Made by a program: the position numbers and the translations under genes. A stretch of DNA of 64,000 nucleotides. Origin: Antedon mediterranea (lineage: Eukaryota > Animalia > Echinodermata). A model generated the notes under the pieces. It made no database searches. It was not told where the DNA came from and was given only the letters and a program-made list of their open reading frames with translations. Where the stretch lies: positions 2,124,422 through 2,188,421 of the forward strand of contig NC_092678.1 in NCBI RefSeq assembly GCF_964355755.1, in the 5' to 3' direction. Within the stretch, counting starts at the first letter, position 1. Each line of letters starts with the position of its first letter. This document shows positions 41,601 through 53,600 of this stretch, in pieces.

Positions 41601-44600
41601 CTACAAGAAAATGTATGTGTTTTCCTACTTATTACAATAGTAGGAGTAGTCAGTGTGCAAATTTAAAGCATTGAGAATTATTTACATTCCTCCATGTTTT
41701 AACTAATCTATTAAAGCTCTGTATACAATATCAAACTTAATGTGATGTGCCCATATATAGACATGGTGATGTAATATCACTACCATATTTGAGCACATCA
41801 CACATTTTTTTTCAAACTAGTTTGATAGTGTGGACAGAGCTTTAGACCCAGTTGAAGACTAACTTTTTAACAAGTTTATGTATCTAAAAATTCTGTCTAT
41901 ATCCTGTTTTACTTCAGTTTATGTACCTGCTAATGAGCAACGCAGCTATTATTAATATATAATATTCATTAAAAAGGAATTGTAGCAACACACCTGTCCT
42001 GAGATAATGTTTATAATATTATATTATCTTTTATCCTCAAATAAATAACATGGAATACTAAAAAAACCCAACTAACATACATGTTAATAATGAACAAATA
42101 CAGGTGTACATTTTTTTAGATTAATAAAAACATTCCTTGGGAAATTCGGATGGATATACAAAACAACATTTGAATAATTTATATATCTATAAATTGGGTA
42201 TAATAATTATAAAATACAGCTTGACATCAACTAAACATCTAATTTACCAAACTCACAAACTGGCATAAACACTATATAAATACAAACATAGAGAAAGTGT
42301 ATACAACAACTGTATTGGAACATCTATACATCATAAATATTCATGAGACAGAAGGAGGTGAAACACTGAGGGCAGCAAACTCACCAGCTTCTTCGTCTTA
42401 CATCATATTGATCCATTTGTAACTTTTTGCTGAGTTTCCATTTTTTGCCTGGTTTAATGTTTGCCAGGATTGGAAGAAAAATGACATTGCCATGAATTGA
42501 CTGTATGGATAATTTACATTAAATAATCCAGCCACCAAAATGAAATTGAATAAAAAATATTCAGTTGAAAAAAAGATGCATTCAAATAAGATTCTATTAA
42601 AATAATTTTGCTCACGTTTCAAACATATCTATACTGTAAGATATAGCCTCTGTACTCTAAACACATTTTTGTTATTGCACGCATCCATATGCAAAGGGTA
42701 TTAAAATGACTAAAATTAAAGGTTGAAGGTATTAAATTGACAGTTGTAAACCACTCTGGTTTAGTAAACCGCCAGGGGGAGTTGAATCTTTCCAAGTGAT
42801 ACTATAACAAATGCAATAATTAATGTTGTGTGACCGTGGAGGTAAAAATAAAAAAAAACTTTGGTATTCATTGCTAAATAAACAGTCAAGGGTTTTAAAT
42901 TTACAGTTGAAAACCATTCTGGGGTATTAAATCTTTCCTAATGGATACATAAACTTTAAACATAAATCCTTAATGTTGTGTGAGTTAAAAATCCTTTTTT
43001 TTAATTCATTGCTACATAAACATTTGTTTTTAAAAATAAATGCTATAGAAATGTGTGTATATAGTATATATACACATATTAACAGCTAAACATACATTTA
43101 TCACACCCTTTTAAAATCTTTCTCCTATAATTCAGAAGCTCTACATACTTGCAATCCAAATCGGGTTTTTTTTCTCAAGTAAACATAAACTCAAAAGTTT
43201 ATTAGAATTTCCAAATAATCACCTTTTAAAATTGGAAACCAACAACCTAAAGTAGAACTATTTTAAATTCAGACTGTCTGGCTGCAATCGGCCAACTCTT
43301 GTCTAGAAATTCTATAATATGGCAAGGTTACATCATCAAGTATGTAGCTTAGTTTATATCGGAAATAAGATCAGCTAACATAAATGTTAATATACAAAAT
43401 TTACATCTCAAACTAAAAATCCTAAATGACTTCACCAGAGGCAGGTTAAAAAATGTAGTCAACTACAGGACTCAAACCCACGACATCCAGATCACTAGCC
43501 TGGCGTTCTACATCTAGACAACCGCATATTAACATTGTTTATAATAACTACTAAGAGAAGGATACTACATTATAATTTTCTCATATTCTGACGCTTAGCT
43601 TGTTATTGTTATATGCTCTGATAATTTTAAATGAAGAGGTATATTATAAATGCATGTATGAGATGCATGTAATGAATTACTGTGTTAAAACTAATGTAAT
43701 ACTGATTACCTCCTGCATCATATAGATTATTTCAGAGTTAAAGCCAATCTCTGAGTAATTGATACCAATGCTTGAGCTATGTCATACCATTGTGGTTCAC
43801 TTTAAACACTACTCCCAATTTTTACATAAGGCTGTATAAATTCACCCATCCCAAGGAATGGCCTTACAAGTCAGTATGGTAATGACATGTAAATTAATTT
43901 CAAATTTATAAATATAAACAGCAATTTTACTTTCATTTCAGATTCACATAAAAATAAACCTATTTGTTTTGTATATTAATTTAAAAAGGATAAATATATC
44001 TTATTAAAAATATCATATACTAATTCATATCATACAATACAACAATAGTAAAATTAGATTAAAACTATGTTTATTGTACTTCGTCTATTGAAACCACAAC
44101 TATTTTTAGGCCTAATTTTTATGATTAGAGAGTATAAGAATATTTTGAGTGTAAAATCAATATGTAATTTATGCAATTATCGTATGTAAGGATTATAGCA
44201 ATGCATATAGCAACAATTTTATATTTATTCATATTAATCATATAAGATTAGATTATTAATGGAAATGGCAAAAATACATCCAAACACATCAATATTATTC
44301 AGTGGTATTAAACTGTTGTAAATTGTACGACATAGCATCAAAGCAATATATATTAGCATACGAAAGGTTTTTGCAACATAACTATACAGTAGAACGTGAA
44401 GGTGAAGGTGACACATTCAGTACCCAAAAGTCACCTTAACATGGTTGTTCCCTGAATAGGGATTGACTATAATGTTAAGTAAACCTATTGTAATTTTATG
44501 TTTTAAGATAATATCTATTGAAATCATGGGTTAAATTATGGTCCAATGATATGATACCTTCCTTGCAAATGAAATGTGCAGTTCAATTCATACAAACAAA

Positions 44601-47600
44601 AATGCAATGGATGAAAACCACTACTGTATTACACAGTCATATCCATAGGAAATTTCTCAACAGACTTATCTCTTCTAATTCACAACACAACGTAATTTAT
44701 TGCAGGAGAAAATGGTAAAATGTGATAAAGTCGCTTTAATACAAACATGTCACATTTCAGGCAAATTAAACAGCCTTTTGGGTAGTAGTTAATAAGGTCA
44801 CAGATTGAAACACACGCTTCTAACAAAGCATGGTTAGAATAATAACATAGGATTATCTGAAGAAAACAATGTTCTCTACTCTATAAATATCATACAAGTT
44901 GTATTTTTGTAATTCTCGATAGGTATCTGTCATTTCTGAGCATTTTCTAATGTTAAACTAATGGTTTGGTATGACAATAGCATTGTAGGTAGGGATGTCT
45001 GACTAAATGAATAAAAGTTATGAGGATTCTTGAGGCAATTCTACATAAAACCCAATTATAACAATATATTATTAATACGCAAACATTCTTGTTTTTAATA
45101 ATTCTGTATTAACTATAAGTGCAAATTAAGGCTTCTTAAAAAGCTATATAGCTATCTATACTAATATAATTTTATCATTAAAACACAGCACAGCAAAAAA
45201 AAGACACTTTACCCAATTTTCAACTTTTCCAAAACATTTTTGTTGCCGACTTTGTAAATGGGATAGTAGGGAAGGGGAGTGTGTGTTAATTATTAAATCA
45301 TTTCAGCTTAGGTGGACCTTCTCAAGCAACATTTCCAGAACTGTCAAATATTTAAGTTCTGTTTTTAAAAGGTTTTTATTTTAAATATTTTTTAGTTTTC
45401 ACTGAGTTTTTTTGGTGCAAGTTACTGGTAGTTTTTAGGGCCTAAAGTTTCTGGGGCAATTTTTCTTTGGTATTTTATGGTTTTAAGATTTGGAAAAATT
45501 GACTCAGCTAATTAAAAGAAATAAAGTAAGGAATTAAATCTAAATGGTTGAAAAAAAAAATCACTCTTTCTGAAAACAAGCAAACATTTTACCATCGTCG
45601 AAACGTGACCCTAAACAAATCTAGACCAGTTGGATCTATGGGATTTCTTGTACCTGTCACCAGATAGAAAGAAAATCTATTAGTAAAGAATATGGAAATA
45701 GAATGCATAGTATTGTTTATTATTATTATTTATTTTTCTATATTATTACTTATAAATTAAAAAAAATATAAATGCACGAGATCAACAAACCAAAGTAGCT
45801 TAAAAAAACCTCCATGGATCGAAGTTCTACATGCTTTTAGACTAGAACAGACATTTTCAAGTATCATAGGCACATTCTATAATACAATGTCATATATGTA
45901 TCACATGTGACATCTGTATCATGCTTATAGCCTTAGATAAGGTAAATATGACACTGTATTACATAATTTGCCTATGATACTTGCTTGAAATTATTATACA
46001 GTACTATTGAATAAGAAAAATTATTATACAGTACTATTGAATAAGATATTTATCTTATTCAATAGTATGACTAAAATTTACTTTAGTATTTTACTGCCTG
46101 AAGGTTCAGCTATGTTGTCTTGGCAAAAGTCATTTATATAATTATTATAAAATATTCTTATAGAATGCTAATAAATTGGCGGTCCTGCTAGTCTTTGAAA
46201 AAAATTGCCAATTACAGTTGAAGGACACCGAAGGTAATAGAATGTTATGCATGAATGCCTTGGAAAATGAAACTAAAATCTTTCAACATAAAAATTTCAT
46301 TATGTTACGGAGATCTTTTTATCAAATGGATATTTTTTTTTTCAATGCCAACAATTGTTGCATATATCCATCAGTGAATTTCCTGACATGATATATCATG
46401 TAATTTGCAATTTTCTTATTACATTTCACTTAAATTAGGTTTGTGCTATGAAAAGTGATCTCTTTCAATGAAATGAATTCACAACTTAAAACATAACCTA
46501 CTTTTTCATTTTATATCTACAGTAGCTACGAAATATTAGATTTTCTATTCCAATGTAACCTTAAGCCGGGCGCACACTTTATCTATCGGCTGAGACAACT
46601 GGCACAAATAGCTATACTGTGCGCCAGGCTTTAATCAAACAAATGTTCATACTGTATGTATAAAGCCTTACCCATTTTGTAATCAACATAAAATAGGGAT
46701 TTGATTCAAACAAAGTGTTATTAGCCATCATTTGAGCTGTTAACGTCTACATAAAAAATGCGCAGTAAACTTACTTGTTGAAATATACATAATAGTCTAT
46801 GATAGAGGCATTGCCGTAAGGGAGAACTTTGACAACGTAAAGGAGAAAGATAAGGATTTGTCTCTGTATAGGTCTATGTACAGAAATATATCCCTTTGCT
46901 ATTGTACCTGGAGTATTATTATACAGGATGGTATGTGATTAAAATTAATCAACATCTAAATGATTTCTTTCGAAACGCAGAACCAAATTACACAATTTGT
47001 ATCGGATTATATTAATAAGAAAATGATACAACTAGGAGAAATATGATTCTCAAAAGGAATATCATATTGTATATTAATGATTCAATAAATATGAAATCCA
47101 AAGAATTTAAAATATGAAATATTAATGTCAACTACTAGTTTTCAAAATTATTATACTGTAATATCAAGGAACAAAATGTTTTAAAAAAGAAAATGTTGCA
47201 ATATAAAAGTATCCCAAAATTTAACAAAATAAATAAAGTATTTAAACTCAGTTTTAAATTTAAAAATTCAAAAATATTTATGCTCATGTTACATCATTAA
47301 ATCTTTATTTTTAAATCATTTCATCTATTTAAGTCATTGGCCATTTAATTCATATTTGAATCCAATTTTCTTGGAAAGAAAGAGTAAATTGTTATTCTTA
47401 ATGTTCAATAAAATTACCATGATGCACTAAAATTATAGCGATGACGTCGATGAACACGGAAACGCGTTCGTACCAAGGTAGATATTTTTTTTATGATTAT
47501 TCAATTTTTGGAAGTGTGAATTGGGTATTAATGTGATTCATATTTCAAGACATGACTCACACAAATTAATATTTTTACTTTAAAAATAATTGTTAAATGT

Positions 47601-50600
47601 ACTGTAGGCATGATTTTTTTGAACAATCATTTTGTTTTGAACTATAACTTTTCTAACAGGTCTGCCTCCAAATAGCAACCATTCTTTGTTAGCACAAATA
47701 CAATATATGGCGCTATTTCTTTAAAACAAATCTAGACTTACTTATTATAACTAAATACCTGTACTACAATAAAACATGCTCTCCAAAGATTATTTATTGA
47801 AGATGAACAGAGGAAAGGTAATAGAAAATAAATGTGTCTAAAACTGCAAAATACAGTTAAAAACCCTATTACCCATTGCCAAGTACTTTACCCATGTCAA
47901 AAAAAAGGTTTTTTATAGAAGAAGAAAACAAAGAAAAGTTAAATAAAAATTGTCTAAAATTTACAAAATGTGGTGAAAAAACCTCTAATTACCGATTGTT
48001 TTCTAACTACTTTACCGTGTCAAAAAAAAAGTATGTGGAATTTAAAAATGCGGTTACCATGAACGTGTTCGTCTGTCCAACACGTCAACACCGTGCTTGT
48101 TTGTGTGTTCGTGTGGGGATCCTAATATTGCGGAAATTAAGATCCGATGAACACATTATTGTTTACTTGCGTAACTTTTGGCAGAATAAAATTACTCGGG
48201 TTCCAAAACAACCCAGGAAGAGTGAGATTATATGGCAACATGTCGAACCTCACACTAACAGATTACTAAAACATGCGGTACAACCGCTTGGCACCATTGT
48301 ATCATTAACTAATTGTTTAACGTGATTTTACTCGACCCTGGTAATGTATCACCAACTAACATTTCTTGACTATACTGAAAGTTATAACCATGTTTTTAGA
48401 CGTACTTTATAGTAAAGACTTTAATAAACCAACTCTCTGCTGTTTATGCTTATAATTCCATTATAAGCAGAAAATGTTGAGGAAAAAAAAATTGTTAACC
48501 ATGTCAACTATGATAATGTCAAATGGCTTTAACGGAACATAATAGAAAAATGAGTATTTCACATTACACTTTTCAATATTTCAAATAAAAGACATGAATA
48601 AATCAAGAAATACATCATGAAAATATAATGAAAATATATAACCATATGGAATTATTTAAAGATTTGGAAAGATATTGTTAAAATAAAAAAAATGGATTAA
48701 TCACAACAGAAATAATATCGTTCACCTTGATTAGTTTTACCAGTAATATACCATATACATTTCCTTTTGACCCAATATCATAACCGAACAAACATTACCA
48801 TGATGTTCGTCGTCTGTCCCTATCATCAATACCGTGAGCATTTTTATATTTATGTTCAGATCCTGAATGTGGGAATATCCATAAAAGTTGTGATAGCAGT
48901 GGTATTAAGGGAAATTGTTATGTACATAGTATATGCATAGTATAGGAATATATGGTATGTACCAAACATGATAAGGTACTAGATATAATTATACATTGTT
49001 TGAAATTTATTCAGTGTTATATATATATATATATATATATATAAACACATTAGGCAATGAACATTAATTCGAAACCGTATATATATATACAAATCCATCC
49101 AAAGGCAAATTACTGAAAAAAATGACAATGCTGTGGGTATATATATATATACAGTAATACTATTAGACAGATAATTATGAAGGGGAGGAGCTTGTGCATT
49201 GCTTGTTGGAATAAAACGTTAAAATGTAATGTTTTGTTTTGAGTAATATATGATATTGATGATTTGGACATGGAGGTATAAAATAGAAGGAGAGAGCTCG
49301 AAGGTATTGTAGCGCGTTAACAGGATGTCGCCATGGTATTTTCAAAGCCAAAGCCTTGTGCCGACAGCGCGCTGCGCGGACTTTGTTACCAACGTCAGCC
49401 GCCGCCTCTAGTCAGCCCTCTATCACAGAGGAGGTGAGATCCTAAAAAATACACAAACAAACACATATACTTTTGGCATGCGCAGTGCTATTGTTTGTGT
49501 TATAATTGTTGCACAATCAAATGTTTGCTTCCCGCTTAAAAAATCTCTAAATATTGATACCAAACATGTTTACATATGACATTTTAAGCAAATTTTATCA
49601 GGCTCCCATTATAGTTATTATTGTAATTTACTTGCTGTTTATACAATTATATGTATTTCGATAAAATATTAATAGACGTCGTCAGACAGCTGTAATTTTG
49701 TGTGAAGAACACATGGTTATTACTTTACATTCTTACGTTAGTCGTTGGGCTGCCGATGATTGCCGGCCAAAGATATTGACGAAATACATTAGTAGGCATA
49801 TTTCGCGGGTTTGTTGACAATGGATGGGGGAGGTATTCGATTACGAAACCGTGACTAGGTCTATAGTTTTAGGCTAGGGCCGGAGTAGTCCTTGCATAAT
49901 TATTATAATCTAGACTAAAAATATAATCATTGCTGTAGCAGCCATTTTATCTCCTCTGCATGCAGAGTAAACAAGCATGTGACGTCACGTCGCCGATATC
50001 AGGAGGCATGCGCAGTGACTCGGAACGCGACTAGGAAGCGACAACGCGGAGAGGCACACTGCGCGTAACATTGTGTAACATGCTGAGGCGGCGGACTACG
50101 TAGTACAAAGGCTTGTCTTCGGAGCTCTCTCCTTCTATTTTATACCTCCATGATTTGGATCTGTCAATGTTGGTGGTAATGATGGTGAGATAATGATGAA
50201 TAATTAGGATGTGCAATAAAAAGAATTAAAATGATGATGTAATCATGTTCAAATTATGACATTAATATTATCTAATTAATTGCTAAAAGTCTCTTCCACC
50301 TTTATTAGTATTCATTGCACCAGACAGTGTTTAAATTTTAGGGAGGAATATCAAATAATTATTTCTACAACTTCTTTACCAAGATCGTAGTCTGCGGTCT
50401 AAAACATCTATACCATGTTTGTTTCGATGTTCATGCTCCGATCCTAAAATCATTGAGAACATCTTTTTAAATTGACATCTTTGTTAATATTAGAAATCAT
50501 CAACATTTAATATTAGTGATCATTATTTGTGACCACGTGCTTATTATTCTGCTTTGATTGGACCCTTTTCAGTGCCCACAATGTTTGATGTTTGTGGACA

Positions 50601-53600
50601 GTTTATTTACCATGATTGCTTCCTTCGGTCTAATACATCAACACCATATTTGTTTCTTTTTTCATGACGTGATCCTAAATAATATAATAAAATGTCAATT
50701 TCTTGATAGTTACCAATGATTGTGATGATGGTATGATGATGGTTGTTGAGTTGGTGGTATAGATGATGGTATGATGATGGTTGTTGAGTTGGTGGTATAA
50801 AGATGATGGTATGATGATGGTTGTTACGGTGGTGGTATAGATGATGGTATGATGATGGTATGATGATGGTTGTTGAGTTGGTGGTATAAAGATGATGGTA
50901 TGATGATGGTTGTTGCGGTGGTGGTATAAAGATGATGGTATGATGATGGTTGTTGCGGTGGTGGTATAAAGATGATGGTATGATGATGGTTGTTGAGTTG
51001 GTGGTATAAAGATGATGGTATGATGATGGTTGTTGCGGTGGTATAGATGATGGTATGATGATGGTTGTTGCGTTGGTGGTATAAAGATGATGGTATGATG
51101 ATGATGGTGGTATAAAGATGATGGTATGATGATAGCTGTTGCAGTGGTGGTATAAAGATGATGGTATTATGATGGTTGTTGTGGTGGTGGTATAAAGATG
51201 ATGGTTTGATGATGGTTGTTGCGGTGGTGATTTTAAGATATTATTATTGTAACGTTGATAATGCTTTTTTGTAGTAAGTATATGATGGTGCCAATTTTAT
51301 TGAGTAGTATGTCTATTGCTTGGTGGTAACATGTCTTCCAATTCAAGAGTCCTGTGTTCAAATCCTTCCTCTGTCCATTTTAAACGAAAACAGCAGACCA
51401 ATCCAAGCTGCCATTTTGTTTTTATTTCAACCATGTGGTAAACCACATGGTTTACTTGCGTAAAAATTAGGTTTTTGTATTAAATTGTGATGGGTAACTT
51501 TACCTGGGTATGATCTATAGAAGCCTGTTGAACTCCCCACATATTGCCAAAGGAGATCGGTGTCTTTTTCTCTATTGTTAATAAAGATTTCATCAATTCC
51601 GTCTGTTACTTTGATTGCGTTGAGTATAATAGGATCTACAATACACAAAAATAAATATAGTTATGCAGTTAGTATGCAGGAAGTATACAGTACTTATCAT
51701 TATTGGTAATAAACAAATATAATTCTACTCGCAAAGGAGGGTTAGGCAGAAATGTTTTTTTCTTCTAAAAAAGATTTTTTAGAAGACATTTGTTTTAACT
51801 TTCGAAAAGAAGGGTGGAATGGGGTGGGGTGGTGAGGGGAGGATGGGATGGGAGATAAAAGCTGACATATCTATCAACCAGTATAGCTTCTGTCCCTGTT
51901 TTTAGTTTGTTAAATTGTTGTATTTATTTTTTCCTGACCTTCATTGTATATATCTGTAGGTATCTGTACTGCACTCATGTCAAACGTTACATCTTTTCCA
52001 CCGAATTTGTCGTCTAAAATCGATTCATTGGTTATGTTGTTAGCGTTCAGAAAATCCACGTCAGGAAACTGCCAAAAAATTAATTATTTTAATAATTACT
52101 GAAATATTAAATCAACTTATTATTAATACATGTTGAATAGTAGGAATACATGTTGAATAGTAGGGATACATGTTGAATAGTAGGAATACATGTTGAATAG
52201 TAGGAATACATGTTGAATAGTAGGAATACATGTTGAATAGTAGGAATACATGTTGAATAGTAGGAATACATGTTGAATAGTAGGGATACATGTTGAATAG
52301 TAGGAATACATGTTGAATAGTAGGAATACATGTTGAATAGTAGGGATACATGTTGAATAGTAGGAATACATGTTGAATAGTAGGAATACATGTTGAATAG
52401 TAGGAATACATGTTGAATAGTAGGGATACATGTTGAATAGTAGGAATACATGTTGAATAGTAGGGATACATGTTGAATAGTAGGAATACATGTTGAATAG
52501 TAGGGATACATGTTGAATAGTAGGAATACATGTTGAATAGTAGGGATACATGTTGAATAGTAGGAATACATGTTGAATAGTAGGAATACATGTTGAATAG
52601 TAGGAATACATGTTGAATAGTAGGGATACCTGTTGAATAGTAGGAATACATGTTGAATAGTAGGGATACATGTTGAATAGTAGGAATACATGTTGAATAG
52701 TAGGAATACATGTTGAATAGTAGGGATACATGTTGAATAGTAGGGATACATGTTGAATAGTAGGAATACATGTTGAATAGTAGGGATACATGTTGAATAG
52801 TAGGAATACATGTTGAATAGTAGGAATACATGTTGAATAGTAGGGATACATGTTGAATAGTAGGAATACATGTTGAATAGTAGGGATACATGTTGAATAG
52901 TAGGAATACATGTTGAATAGTAGGAATACATGTTGAATAGTAGGAATACATGTTGAATAGTAGGAATACATGTTGAATAGTAGGAATACATGTTAAATAG
53001 TAGGAATACATGTTGAATAGTAGGGATACATGTTGAATAGTAGGGATACATGTTGAATAGTAGGAATACATGTTGAATAGTAGTAGGGATACATGTTGAA
53101 TAGTAGGAATACATGTTGAATAGTAGGAATACATGTTGAATAGTAGGAATACATGTTGAATAGTAGGAATACATGTTGAATAGTAGGAATACATGTTGAA
53201 TAGTAGGAATACATGTTGAATAGTAGGGATACATGTTGAATAGTAGGAATACATGTTGAATAGTAGGGATACGTGTTGAATAGTAGGAATACATGTTGAA
53301 TAGTAGGGATACATGTTGAATAGTAGGGATACATGTTGAATAGTAGGGATACATGTTGAATAGTAGGAATACATGTTGAATAGTAGGAATACATGTTGAA
53401 TAGTAGTTAGGAATGAATTTAAGACTTTTGAATCTATGGAAATTTTTCAGTTTTCTGAAAGTCTTCCATTATGTCATTAACCATTGAATGCATTAATAAA
53501 TATAAATTAAAAATTAATTACTTCTTCGTAAGTAGCATTTAAAGATGAATTTTCTAAAAATTCAACAATGTTCTGAAAGACAAAAAATGAATAGTTTAGT

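Noticed and set aside
46775-46907. 133-nt open segment with AG/GTAAG ends and compatible phase 1-2 inside the array
   Set aside because: No similarity to the pocket exons, no terminal Trp and a weak pyrimidine tract; probably chance.
47418-47483. Possible seventh variable exon ending TCA TG|GTAAT
   Set aside because: No AG acceptor at a suitable distance, and the peptide ([18 protein letters not shown]) does not align with the array.
47876-48325. 149-aa plus-strand ORF
   Set aside because: It is antisense to variant exon v4, low complexity, and has no recognisable domain.
52107-53394. ORFs of 133-420 aa on the minus strand
   Set aside because: They are translations of a 20-bp intronic minisatellite that lacks stops in all three frames; no splice or homology support.
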